A stretch of 64,000 nt of DNA. Source: Hydrolagus colliei (taxonomy: Eukaryota). Shown in pieces: positions 49,421-63,270 of the stretch. The stretch is taken from assembly GCA_035084275.1 (NCBI GenBank), contig CM068745.1, forward strand, positions 63,116,001 through 63,180,000. Reading direction: 5' to 3'. How positions within the stretch are numbered: the stretch's first letter is position 1; every line of letters starts with the position of its first letter. Below the pieces are notes generated by a model. It ran no database searches. It saw only the letters and a program-made list of their open reading frames with translations, and was not told where the DNA came from. Position numbers and translations under genes: made by a program.

Positions 49421-52400
49421 GTTCTTGCTTGTGTTGATGAGATTATTCTCCTTTCTCTATATCTTAGAGCCGTGTTACCACTACTAAATATGTGAACACA
49501 TGTACCTGTGTATATTTGCAAGTGCACACATGCTATACATATTCATCCATACACAGATTGTTGTATCATCATGTTATAAAATAATTCTGCGACACTGTGG
49601 CATCTGGTTCAACTGAAGTTAACTAGACTTATCCACAGCAAGATCACCACCTTGTGGAGGTCATTAACCTACTGGCACAGTTAATAATGTTACAGTACCA
49701 GCATATCTGTGGGTGACATTAATGTCACAGTTACAATGAGTGATATGAAGGAAGCATTACAAATCAAGTTTTTTAAAAAGGTACCAAGTTTATCAGATGT
49801 ACATACATACCCCTTCTGTTATCAAAATGTTTGATTGCAAACCATTTAAAATAGCACTTGGAATATTAGTACTGTACACTGTATTACAAGACTTGTATTG
49901 TTTATTTAAGTGTTAAAATTACAACACAATAGCATTTTGCACTGATCTCTATAACAAACACTCTCAAGATCTTTGAGGATTTCTACTTGCATTAAATGAC
50001 TGATGTGCTTTTTTTGCATTCTTGTAATCAGAACCTTATAATTAGAGTAAAATGAAAATTTTTGATTGAATATCATTGTCAAAGGTACTCCTAACCTTCC
50101 ACAACCCAGTCATTGTAATTTAGTTACTAATTACTAAAATAACCAGCTATTAAATAGATCATATTTGTCCCTGAATTCTACAATTGCTTATTCAGTATAC
50201 AGTATTATCATTAAGGAGGTTTTAGACAGTTAACTAATGGAACAGACACTCCCTGATCATCAGGATTCATTCAGCTTTTTGCAAACTATTTCACCTCCAT
50301 ACTTTTAACACTCTCACACGCTGGGAAATTTGTTTCCAGTATTCAGAATCCAAATGCTGCACTAAGCCCATCTAAGAATACATATCTACCTTTGAGTGCA
50401 AAGGTAGATCATTTTAGCATATGTTTTCACTCGCCTGATAATAAGTACTGTAGTCAAAAATATCTTGAGCAAATTAAGTGAGGGTTTATTTAACATTGGC
50501 TGAAGTACAAATTATTTCAACCATGAAATGGTGCTAATGAAAACTTTGGGATAACATTTGAAATGTGAAAAAATCATTATTCATATTTTTATGTTTTTGT
50601 TCATTGCTGAGGATTATTTCCCTCTACATATGTAACACATTCTGCTGCATTGATGATTTACCTGTATCCAGCAATGTGCCTCAGTTCCATGCTCTAAAAA
50701 AAATCCCTACTATAGCAGTCTAAATGTTATATTTTCTCAATGATGCCCTCCTGACGTGAAAGGCCCTATACAAATTTAATTTTGTAGTGTATTTTTCACA
50801 TTGACTAAAATTACATTGTTTGTTGAGTGGGATTGTTAATTTTGGCCTGACAGAAAAGGCTTTCATCTTGACAAATCCACATTCTGGTCCACGTTCTATC
50901 CAGAGAACAGTGTGCTCATCAGATGTTTTTGCCCCTGTTGCCATTGGAATATTTCCTCATTGGGCAAAACAAATGGTGTTTAAGGTGGAGCCATGATAGC
51001 ATCAGTGATTAGATACATCGTTGCCTTGCAAAAGTGCCACCCTCCCTCTTTCAACAGTAAATAAACAAAAAAAATCAAAAAGTTGTTGTCCATTACTAAC
51101 ACAGATTAATTGAGAATCATTGTTCACTCTGAGAATGGCACTTCCTTTGCTGGCTTTTTAGTTAGAAATAGATTGATCATGTTGTCTTGAAACCTGTCTT
51201 CCATTAATTAATTATCTTAAATGGCTGTATTATAACTGTCAGGCACATAAAGTTCAAAATATCTGATGCATGTTGTGGACATTTTGTTCACATACATCAT
51301 ATTTCCATGAATAGACCCCCCAGAGTATCATTTCCATGCCACAATGAAAAGCGCAGGAAGAATTTTGTTGTTTATTCCAAGAATCTTGCACCATAATTAA
51401 CCAATATTCTTTGGGTCAGCACATTTTTTTCTTTCTTTGTAAGGCAGTTTTGCAGATGTTGCAGATTTAAAAGACAGAAAAAGCACGTGGGAGTCAACAA
51501 GGTAATGGATTATAACATAACAGATTAAAAATTATGATGGTAAACTGAAAGGACATGCTGAAAGAAATGAAGGCTGAATACACTAGTGCCTTTGACATGA
51601 ATGAAGAACCAAAATTTTATAAATTCAAATGCAAATCTTACTAACAATAAATTACAGTTCTGGAAATTTAAATGAACTGATATTATCCTTTTACTCGGAA
51701 AATGAAAGCACTCATAAATATAATCTATTGTCACAGTATTGGGTAGCATTTAAAATTTTGCATTAATAGTTTCAATAATTTCTGAGGTGTATGTCGTTAA
51801 CCATTAACCAGATAATGAACATGACAGGCAGTTTGTCAGTGTCACTGGTGGATGAGTGATCTACACAATTAGTTCTACCTGGTAGTGCTGATGTTACTTT
51901 ACCATCATGCAGTGCAAACAAACTGGCAGGGTGTGAATATTAGGGCAGGTCAGTTATTAATTTCAGACATTTCCAGAGGGTAATGTGTAAAGCTTTAAAT
52001 TCATCACATTTAGTTCGGCTGGATTTGCCGCTATCTTCCAAATATAGATGCCATCTCTCTATCCATATTCTCCTCTCACTGGTTAGCCTAAAATAATTTG
52101 CTTGATTTAGTTTTAATGGTAATTTTGGTGGGGAAAAAAACACATGACCTTTGGATGAGACCAGTGGTGAACTGACTGCTTGGATTTTCAGGTAATGTAG
52201 AGTTGATGATTCATGGGGGAGCACTATTTTGCTGATGGGGGGTGGGGGGAGAGTGAGAAGCGTAATTAACATGGTTTAAAAACTGCAGGTTTAAAAACCT
52301 TGTCAGGATAAACAAGAGGGTGGGATGTGGGAGGCTGATTGGTTAGCACACCTTGCAGTCAACTGGGAGGTGGGCTGTGGACGATGATCGACTGATCAAC

Positions 52401-52469
52401 TGGTCATTCATGGATGTGGTCTTTGAGGTGGTAAGCAATGGGAGTCTCAGGAATCTGGGTGCTCAGAAG

Positions 52470-52780
52470 TCATTCACAGAGGGCACTTGGGAATAAGTAG
52501 CTCCTGGTTGAGACATTAAACTGAGATCCATTTGTCCATTCAGGTAGGTCACTATCCAAAAAGAGAAGGGATGATCCTGGCCAATAATCCTCCAGATAAA
52601 ATCGGTCATTCACTTCTTGGCTGTTTGTGAGATATTCCTGCACACAAATTAGCTGCCACATTTCACCTATGATATACACAGTAACTACAGTTTACATTAA
52701 ATACTGTGATGTGCTTTGAGACATCCTCCTGACGTAAATGACACCATAACAAATGCAAGGATTATTATAATATAATATTG
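52470..52780 (+). mobile_element. SacSINE1-like DeuSINE fragment
   Basis: TTGAGACATTAAACTGAGATCC...GCTGTTTGTGAGATATTCCTGCACACAAATTAGCTGCC plus tail. Confidence 0.75.
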
Positions 52781-54587
52781 AAGAGAGTCATTTACAGAAT
52801 TTGAGTAAAAGTGTAAAACCAATATTATGGAGTTTCTGTACAGTTATCCTATATCTTATGTAGGTAAACAAGTATCTGGCCCACAGCTAAGGCTAATCAC
52901 TGTTGAACACTAGTCTTAAATTACATAATCAAGATCAATTATGTCATAAAAAAACTTGCAGAGCAGAAAAGGAAAAAGAAACACTCAATGAGTATGAATA
53001 ATTCCATGCGGTTAACTCATGTTTCGGTATGCCTTGAAGAGGAGCCTCAATTCATTCCGTTTGAAAGTTATAAATGTGTTATGGAGAAAGCTATATGGCC
53101 TGTAGGGTTTTAACTGGTAGAAAATGGATATGATCACAAGGAAGATTAATGGTCTTTAAGAAGAAGAAGTACTAAGAATTGAAATGTTTTGACTTAAATT
53201 GATAATGTTCTGTGGAAGTCAGATTACTAAAGGTACACAGCATTATTCTATTTATAACATAATTCATGTATCTTGGGAACAGTTAGTTTAGGAATGGGTA
53301 ATTAAACTGCTCCACTGTTCACAGTACAGTAGTCCCATTGTTTTAGGCAAGCTTCTGTTAGTATTTTCCCGGAGGCAGGGTTTTCTGCTAGAGCCTGGCC
53401 TCTGCACTCACATAGTTTAAGGCTGAAGAGATATGACACTATCATTAATTGAAACACAGTAGCCTTATTCATAGTTGGCAATAGTCATCTCTGAAGGTGG
53501 GAGTCCATTCATGAATAGAAATGGTATTAGGCTCAGTGCCATTACATTTAAGTAAATAAAAAAGGACATGGTATATATTGTTGATACACCATTTCCTTTA
53601 TAAGATTCCCCACCATCATAAAAAGAATAGCCTCACATTTTTGTTTTGTGGCATTAAAACGATAGACTCATTGTGCATCTTACAGAACATACGTTAATTT
53701 AGATAGGAAAATAGGAAAAAAGTATCCTGAGTATTAGAGCATCTTGCATTTCATTCAAGTGTTTCACTAATTGGCTTTTCACTTGTGTGTTTTTTTGAAT
53801 ACAAGCTGTGGTTTGTAATAGTTTCTTTTCATCTGGCTGCTTATTGCTCGCTGTGGAAAGTGCAGGTTGTGCTGTGAGGAGAGCTTTCACTAATGGCTGT
53901 GATTACACCCTCTGCATCCTCTCCACTCAGCCAGCCTTTCAACGTGAAAACTAAATTCAGTCTGAGGAAGAATCAGATGGGGGGGCTAATGCCAGCCTTT
54001 GGTGAGTCTGTAATAAACGGTTCTGAGTCTTGGAAAAAAGTAAACAGTGACACTGTCTTTGCCCTGCCAGTGTTTCAGGATGTACACAAATCATAAAACT
54101 GAATCGAGTAATTCAGGGGTTAAGTGAAGAAGGAGGTGAAGCTTTTTTTCATTCTGGCAGGATCTGAAATGTCTGTCAGAAACAAACTTTTCCCATGAAA
54201 ATGCTCCGGTATTATGTGTCTGGTTCCCAGAGTTGTACAGACTCCCTTTGAGGCTGAGCACCAGAACCCCAGTAATTCAAATAAGTTGTGTTTAATCATT
54301 TAATGAGAGTTACTAAATGATACACATCTTTGATGATTGTGACTAAATCTTTGTGCTTCTGGCAAGGCTTTCACAGGGAGTTGTGCCACAAGTTGACCAA
54401 AGAAAATGTGTGGCAAAGCTCCCCTAGTTGTGGCTGCGATGGTGGCAATTTAGTGATGAATGCATCTTTGTGCTTCGGTCAATTCAAAGGCTGGCACCTG
54501 TTGAAATTAAAACGGAGAAGAGAAAAAAAATCCTGGAGCTAGGAAAGTAGCTGAAACAAAAGCTGCAGCTGTCAAGCCAGAACTCAC

Positions 54588-54629
54588 TCCAGGCCTGATG
54601 GATGAACCGCCTGCTGCGAGGGAACTTAC
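54588..54629 (-). other. Candidate recursive splice site with 42-nt RS-exon
   Basis: Minus strand GGTTTCCTGTTGCTTGCAG|GTAAGT (junction 54630/54629), with a second donor GGA|GTGAGT at 54587. Confidence 0.4.
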
Positions 54630-57600
54630 CTGCAAGCAACAGGAAACCAATAAGCCCCTTTTACGACTGTGACAGTCCAAGGCTAGCAGCTCTGAACTAG
54701 ACTGCTAAATAGACTGCTTTACATGTTGCCACCAAGGTCAAGGCTTTGACAAGAGAAGCCTCCGTACTCCAAATTATTTCATAAACTAATCAAAATTGTT
54801 AGTCTTCTAGCAATTCTTGTTTGTAAAAACAGGTTTAAAGTAAATAACTGGGAACCCCCCAAAACAGGATTTTGTAAGGGGAAATTCAAAACCTTTTCCC
54901 CGCTTTTCCTTTAGACATGGTAATTCTTTTATTTGCAAAATTAAATAGATACCTATCAGTCATTTGCCATTGAGTCATTTGTTACTGACAAAAGAAATTG
55001 ATAGAAACAGCTCCTGCACAACCACTAGTCACTGGTAAAATTAAATATGTGAACTGGATTAATACTTTCTCCCTCTGCTGAAATATATATTTTATATAGA
55101 AACTCAAGCAGAGCTTTCTAGTGTATTGTTTTTCTGGTTGTGAAATGTAAATGTTATTTTATAAAAGTGTATTCTATCAACAAATTGGTACATTTTGAAT
55201 ACATGCTCAAGGGTATCTGAAGTATCATTGAAATAAAGCAGTAAAAAATGTAATATTGTATTTACAAATCGATTCAAGTCACTAATTCAGACATCCGGTT
55301 TGTGAGCATCAGATTCAGATATTGAAAGATTCATGGAATGGCAAATTGCAACCAGGCAAAGTCTGAAAAAATATTACGATGGATTTGGCCTTTTGTGAAT
55401 TGTGCAATTTGATATTTGCAAAACAGAAGTCATAATTAGCCCCTTGAATTCAAGTTTTGAGTAATAATGTTTTGAGCATATTCAACCCCATAGCTTTTGA
55501 TATTAAACTGATCATATATATGTGTATTCTTTAAAAAAAACCTGAAAAAGCCAAATACACAAAGTTACAAACCAAAACTGAACAGTGTGGGATCGCTGAG
55601 AATTTGTCTCAGTGTCTGAGAGAATCAACTTAACCTGGCAATCATAAATATTATTATGAAACAAGGAATCACTTTGACATTTAATTCCCCCTTAATATTA
55701 TTTCTATTTTCCAAGTTATAATTACCCATTTCATTCATCCTGTTAGGTAATAAAAAATATGACATTTCATCAAACTGTGAAGAAACAAATAAGATTTATT
55801 ACCCTTTTTTTTTAACAAAAAGGCTTCTTTCTGTTGAAGCATTCCCTGCTAGGTCCTGTCCATGCTTTTGTGATTACCACATCATTTACTCTTCAGCTAT
55901 GGGGAAAATGTTGAATATCAACAATGGCTTTCAGTGGTTTATTGTTGAGTTTTGTATAAACTGAAGCAGCCTGAGTAAAATAAAAACACACAGCATTAGC
56001 CCCTGCCTTTAGAAATCCCTTACGAGTTCCACTACAAGCTCAGTGCTTAGCCTGAAATTCACCTCCTTCATGTTTTAACCCATATGCCTTGATTAGAGTT
56101 TAGAATCTGGGATGATGGGTTGCATTTTTGGAAGTAGATTCTATGGCACCAGCTATGCAACCTTTGGAAGAGCTAAATTGGTAAGTTTTTGAGTTTTTAA
56201 AATGAGAATAATATTATGTGACGAGTAAGAGCAAAAACAACTTTATGAGGGCTATTGACATTGTTTGAGCAAGGTAAAGGGATCAGTAGCCCTTTGCTTT
56301 AGACTGATTTTGAACAAATGGCTTGGTTTAGTCATTCAGTTTTCTTGGATGGAACGCTGTATCTATGCCTGCATTTAGATTATTATAGAAATGTGACAAA
56401 GAATGCACAACGGTGAATTGTGTTTAGGATATGATGCTGGGTTACACATGGTATCTGATTAGATGAACCTGTCTTAAGCTAGCCTTCCTTTTATCTCTTT
56501 CCCCCCTCCCTACCATCATCCATTTACAGTGAAGTCATCATCAGCAAAATGAACAATCCTAATGGATTTGCCAGTTGAAAATGATATGCTGAACCATGCA
56601 GAGCTGACCTGCTCACATGCTAAAACTAGAGAGCATTTGACAGGACTTGGCATGACATATGAAGGCACTTATGTACCGTTAGAAAAAGAGCTTGACAATG
56701 CAATTGCTGTCACAAGTAATAATCACCATCGCAGGGTCACAATAAATGGCAATTGTAGTTGCTTATGAGATATAAGGTTCTTCTCAAAACTTTTGCATGT
56801 CCCATCATATTTCGCAATTTGCCGTGCACTAAGGAAAACAAAGCTGTATAAGTTGAAATCCTTTCTAAAATGCACATTGTGTCTATTGTTCATTGTGGGA
56901 CTATCCTTTGATTGATTGCTAATGCTAATTTATGTAAATATGTGACAAAGAAAAACTGTTGTCTTTTTGCCAGTTTTCTCATTAATCTGGTAAACAGTGT
57001 ATCCTTGGTAATTGCATTTCATATTTGCCAAACAAAAATAGTGTAATTAAAATAGGTAATTATTTTACAGGGATGTATAACCTGAACTGTGTCCTCAACT
57101 GTACTATAAAGCAGACAATTGTTGTTTACAATATTGACAACTTTTAGTAATGTACAACATAATTAATCTGAAAACTGTTCATATAAAAATACAAAATAAA
57201 TACTTGGGTTGGAAAACTAAACCTGTAAATCTGGAATTGTTTTGCTTCTATTGTGCGCTGAGTGGTTTCTATGAATAGGAAATGTTGAACAAACAAGTGA
57301 ACCAAAAATATGCTCAGGATGAAAAAAAATTAAAGTTTTGGAAATCCTTGTAAGTAGCAGGAGTATAATATTTTCTCACAGCTTTATTCATCCATCTAGA
57401 AATAAATTCTTCAAAAGATGCGTATTTACACCATTTATAACTAGCTACATGTTTATTTTCCAACTGAGGTAGCTGTAAGATAATTAGGACTAAGTTTAAA
57501 CATGGTTTAAAATTTGTGCAAAATAAAAACAGTTGTTATATTCTTCATAAACACAGTGATGAGGTTGCACAGATTGATTTTCAGTCATTTTCAGTCAACA

Positions 57601-60487
57601 TCCAATAATTATTTCTTGTGTTCTAGCTTACAGTTTCTAAATAAACTTGTTCCCCTGTACTGAGAGCTCACTAAAACATAGCAGTGCAGAGTGACAACAT
57701 CAAGATGCAAAAGAAAGTCACCCTATTTGCTTAGGTCGACAGTCTTACAAATGGAGCTTAGCTAATATTGGTTCTTGTCTTCAGGAATCTTACATTAACA
57801 CTTCATATTCCAGCTCCTTCACTTGCTCAATGGAGCTACCGCGCCTCTGGAGATTTTTAAGCTCTGTTAAGCATGGTTGGAGCTATTTGTAGGTTATTTG
57901 TGTTGTACAAATCTTTCTAGATTATATACCTTGGATGGAAATGTCAAGCCAAGCCATTAAAAACATTCCAGTGGGAACTGATCAGATCAATATATAACAT
58001 ACATGGTGACCAAACAGTCATGATACCATTACGTGTCTAATAAGTCTTAAAGAAATTATGATATTGCTTAGATAATAGGATAGTTATCATGACTCTTTGA
58101 TCATTCTATATAATATATTTTTCATAATATATACATATTAAAATACTATTTATTATAATTGCATAGGCCACTTTGGATTTGAAGCAAAAATTACAAAGAA
58201 TAATATTAAATTATTTAATATTTTGACTTCTATAGGGCATTTACTTTGTCATATCCATGAGAATCTATTAGGTAAAAATATGAATATAGAATTACTTACT
58301 TTGCTTTCTCACAATGTATTCTGTATTTGCTATGTAGGGTCTGTTTTTCATCTAGTTTGAATGTCTCCTAGTCACTTTGATCAGAATTCAGAAGTGTGCA
58401 CATGTCGTATAATAACCTTCACCAAACACTTTTCCCCACTTTTCTATCAGATTTCCCACCCTTCTTTTCTTTCCCGTCAGTACTTCTTTTCAAGTCCTGT
58501 AATCCCCTCCTTAGCTTCTGTTACTACTAACCTTGCTTGTCTTCATCTATTACTTTTTACTACAAGCCAAATCACATCTTCCCTCCTTTCTTTTTAGCAG
58601 TCTATTATGCTCATCTATCTGATCTGTGGCCTTTTTGTTGCACTTTCGGACCAAGACCTGACAGTCATTATTTTCTCTTTTATCTTCTTCTGTCTTCTTT
58701 TGATTAGACTAGTCAGGCTTGACATTAGGTTTCCTAGAGATCCTATCCATTACCCTGTCAGCAGGGCAGGCAGCATTACTCCAGGCTGAGTGTCGACAGA
58801 AGGTGAGACATAAAATCATCAGCAATCTAAAGCTAATTACCCTGGGCTAAAGTTAATTAAATCCTTGTTAGGAGCAGCAGGGACAGAGCCTAATTAAAGT
58901 TGTCTAATAATGTTACATTGACACATGAAATTCCTACAAGGTCTAAATAAATTTGAATGGGGCTTAAGCTAGATGGAGACAGTCAATGTATTGATATTTG
59001 AGCTTCTCATTTTTATCACATACGGGTTTACACCCCCCCACCCCACCCCACTCACCATGCTGTGCTGTTCTACTGACAAACTAATTTAAAGTGCTTAGAT
59101 AAAATACCACAGTTAATTGATTAGAAACAATCTAGTAATTAAACTAATATATCAATCTGTAACCAAATTGTTATACTCTGTGGGCTCTGGGCATAAATGC
59201 GTTTTTTATATCAATTCTGTAAAGGCATAAGCTGTGGAATTCCATCACTGACTGTATCAGAAATTTATTACAGAATGATAGATCTATTCACCTCACTTGT
59301 ATGTGTACCCATAATTCGGCTCAGAATGGATGCTATGGCCCTTCATAAATCTATTTCGCCATCATCTTAGCCTTTTAATACTTTAATGCTAATAATACTC
59401 AGGATAATTGCTAGTGCAAAAAATAAACTTCAAGAAAACTAACAACTTCAGCTTATCTTTTTACTCATGCAGGGAGGGGTCTTGACAGCTCTTGATTCCG
59501 AGACGGTGCTATTAACTTTCTCTATATTTACTTTATTTTCTGAACCAGCCAAGTTCATATGTGCAGTTTCTCGCTTAGTTCAGACTGCAGCTCGAAAATT
59601 ACTCATTTGGCTTCCTACTGTGACAAAAGCCTGAGTCTGCCTCTTCCTTACTTCCTATTGTCCTACCTTCTTTCTCTTTCTTTCTTGAATTCATTCGCTT
59701 TCTTCTGTTCTTTCCTTCAGTTTATTCCTTCAATACATTACAGGACCGTAAAACACCTTAACGGTGAAATGTCTGATGGCAGATTGCTAAAATTATGAAG
59801 ACTAATAATTAAAAAAAATTATATGACTTTTGAAAATGGTTTGAGATAACAAGCTTTTAGCAGAGTATTCTCAACTCAACGATGGAAATATTTTGTATGT
59901 GGGTGGGGTTTCGTTACCCATCGTAATGAGGCAATGTGTCGGAGAGTGACAAGTGGAACACTGCAATCTCACAGCCTAACTCTGAGTGAGGTGAAACTGG
60001 CAAATGAATTTGGGTTGCAAAGCAAGCTATTATTTTAAAGTTAATACAATTCTAATTTGGCACATTGGATTGAGGTAGTCAGATTTTGAATTTCCATTTA
60101 ATACCTGTACATTTACCTCACACAATGGCATTATCTTGATGAAATACTTTCTTTTCTTACAACTTTTGCGAATGAGAACAGATAGCCGTAGACGAGGGCA
60201 AATAAAATACTCTCACCATTACCAGCTGCAGAAAGTTTCTACAATCTGTGCAGCAATTTAGTCCCCATTGAAAATATTTCTAAAAGAGCAACAAAAGGAT
60301 CACAAATTACCTAGATTAACCGAATAGACTGCTAAAGAGAGAGGAGGTGAAGGTGCGAATTCTTATGTGAAAAGTAGAAGCTGAAAAAATCGAACTTATT
60401 CTTACAATTGTGACTTACCAAATGTGTATGTTTCAAACTGGTGGAATGAAATGGCACAGGCTATCAGGTTAAGATACTTATGATCCT

Positions 60488-61055
60488 GTGTGCAATTGGT
60501 TGCCATGTTTCGTCCACAAATATACAGTCAATTTACTTTACAGTATATTCCGTGAAGATGTGAAAAGCGCTATATCAAATGCAAGGTTTTGTAGCTCAGT
60601 GGTCAGAGCACTTGCCTTGCAAGCAAGAGATCTGGGTTCAACTCCAGGCAGGGTAAAACCTTGGGCAAATTTCCTTACGCCATAGCCTAATAATTATCCA
60701 TTAAAAAAAGGTCATTTTAATCCACGACTGTTTGTGGGATACTGCTATGCACGATTGGCTGTAGAGCTACACTCACATATAGTCAATTCACCTTACAGTA
60801 TACTCCGTGAAGCACTTTGAGATGTTGAGAAGACATGAAAAACTCTTTATCAAATGCAAGTACAGCATTATTATTATTAAGGATTATTACTTTCTAAAAA
60901 CCCTATTTAATATCTCCTCACATTTTTTGGAAATATATTTTCCACCCACAAACTTTATAGTCAATTCACTTCTCAGTGTTTTGTTTGAAGTGCTTTGAAA
61001 TGTCTCAATGAGGTGATAAGGCACTATATCAAGTGCAAGGATTATTATTATAGTA
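60488..61055 (+). mobile_element. Stack of major-family SINE copies and tails
   Basis: Tail 60488-60585, full copy 60590-60890 (TGTAGCTCAGTGGTCAGAGC), further tail to 61055. Confidence 0.85.
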
Positions 61056-61076
61056 TTTTTTTCAATCTACAGTATT

Positions 61077-61979
61077 TAATTTTCTGTTCAGTATTAGAAA
61101 TAGCAACACTGAAGCTAACTGTTGGTGTTAGAGATAATCCATGATAAGTTGGTAGATCAACATAGCTCCTTCAGCCTCATACAAGACACGTATCAGATGG
61201 ATTCTTTATATAGAAGTATATAAGATATACAATGCAAAATCACATTTGTAAAACACCTTTCACGTTGGGAGGGCGTCCCAAGGTGCTGATCAGTCACATA
61301 GGGCAGGGAGTGTAGGAGGATAGGCATGGTAGAAGAATATTTAACTGGATAGAGAAGGTAAATTAGAGGCAGTTTTAGACATGCTAATGCAGTAAGACAA
61401 GGGGGATCACAGTGTTTTGAAGGGCAAGTTCGGACAGGCACTAGGAAGTATTTCTTTTCATAGAAGGTAATCAACAGCTGGAGTGGATTAAATGTAATAT
61501 TTGTCATAAATGTAATGTTTAGGGTGTAGATAGTTTGATAGTAATTTGAATATATTGGTACTGTAGTTGTAGAAAAGTCGTACAGCAAGGCTGGCCGGTT
61601 ATATTTCCATAAAGATCCTCCGCTAATAAAAAGACAATGTGAGCTTCAGATTCCGATGACTCAAAACCATTATGATCTGAGTCTGAATTCTAAGTACTGA
61701 GGAGGCAACAAAAGACTTAGCTCAGGTGCCTACATAAACCACAGGAATCTCCGCTACTCTTCCATCAAGGAAAGTCAGGCATATCATTTCTTTATCACAT
61801 TATCAGAGAACGCATCCCTTCTTTCCCTCAACAACCAAAATGTTCATCAGAAAATGAAACAAAGACACAATCAATTAAGGTCCTGGAAGAGTAATAACAT
61901 AATAACATTTCTCATAGATTATTTCGAACACCAACAGTTAGCTTCACTGTTGTTTTTTCTAACACTGTACAGAAAATTA
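61077..61979. mobile_element. Old non-autonomous element with 71-bp inverted arms
   Basis: 61077-61147 is the reverse complement of 61909-61979 (62/71 by manual alignment). L2 tail nested at about 61230-61330. Confidence 0.6.
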
Positions 61980-62082
61980 GATTGAGTGTAATTGTTTACT
62001 ATCAATGCTCATCTAAAGAATGCAGTGTATAAAGGATATTGAACATGGATTTAATAGCAATTGATCATCCCTCATCAATCCA

Positions 62083-62170
62083 ATGAAAGTATTTGAGGAA
62101 ATAGCTAATTTCGCAGGTGAAATTCCAGTTGTTTTAGTTTATTTAGATTTGTGTGAAGTATTTGATGAAG
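62083..62170 (+). mobile_element. Ancient CR1 RT fragment
   Basis: KVFEEIANFAGEIPVVLVYLDLCEVFDE resembles FEEVT...VDVVYLDFxKAFD. Confidence 0.5.
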
Positions 62171-62469
62171 ATCAAATTTTTCAGAACTTTATGCTTGGTT
62201 TACACTGTTGTGACACTGTTCTCATTTTGTTGTGGCTGAGGAATTTTTGCACACATGCATTGTGCTTTCTACTATCCGGCACCAAATGTCAATTAGTAAT
62301 TCATATTATTTATATGGTCTGTGGAAGCCGCAGGCTTGATTGTCTGATTGCTCTTTTCATATTCTCTTATGATGCAGTCTATAAAGAAGAATGCAGTCTA
62401 TAAAGGACATGGAGAACACCCTATACCCAGGATCATATTGTAAAAGTGAGAATCTTAGATGAAAGTACA

Positions 62470-62833
62470 GTAATAATAAGAATCTTTGCATTTGGTATGG
62501 TGCTTTATCACTTCTTCGAAATGTCTCAGACTGCTTCACAGAATTTATTGTAAGGTGAACTGACTGTACATTTTGTGGACGAAATGCAGCAATGTCCCAC
62601 AAACAGTCATGGATTGAGTGACCAAATTATTATTTTGAAGATATTATTACCTGCAGAAAAACGATCCGCCAATTGCCTAACAACTAGGTTTCTAGTTACT
62701 CCACATGCCTCTGCAGAGGCAGAGTAAGCAAAGGCATGTGGAGTAAGGAAACTTGCCCAATGTTTTGCCTTTCCTGGGAATCGAACACAGGTCCTCTCAA
62801 AGACAGTGCTCTAACCACTAAGCTACAGGACCC
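62470..62833 (-). mobile_element. Major-family SINE, long-module variant
   Basis: GGGTCCTGTAGCTTAGTGGTTAGAGC head, extra internal module, Deu-like body and tail. Confidence 0.85.
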
Positions 62834-62929
62834 CAACCAAATTGAAATAGGAATAGATTTTAACCTGGATTTGATAGCATTGGTTGATAGTTTCAGTGTA
62901 GATACATTTTGAAACCTTTATTAATTTAC

Positions 62930-63270
62930 CACAGAAATATACCGCACAGAAGAGGCCATTCAGCCCATTGTGTCTGTAAAGGCTCTGCCCAGCTGCAGAT
63001 CTCTGTGCTCTGTCATTGAAAGAGCAATCTATTCAGGCCCATTCGGCTGCCTTTTACCCATAGACCTGCAAATTATTCCTTTTTAGATATCTATTGTTCC
63101 CTCATGAAAGCAAATATGGATCCTTCCTCAAACACCACTCCCAGCAGGGCATTCCACATCCTAACAATTCTCTCTGTGTAAAAAAAGCTTCTAATCTCCC
63201 CCTTTGCTCCCTTGTTAATTGTCTTAAATTGATGCCCTCTAGTCACTGACTCACTGACCATTGGAAATAA
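62930..63270 (-). mobile_element. CR1 3' end
   Basis: GCACAGAAGAGGCCATTCAGCCCATTGTGTCTG...GCATTCCACATCCTAACAA. Confidence 0.8.

Noticed and set aside
49713-49728. Perfect 16-bp palindrome GTGACATTAATGTCAC
   Set aside because: About one such palindrome is expected by chance in 64 kb.
50384-50409. 11-bp stem hairpin ATCTACCTTTG-AGTG-CAAAGGTAGAT
   Set aside because: Isolated, too short for a pre-miRNA, and with no associated termini or second copy.
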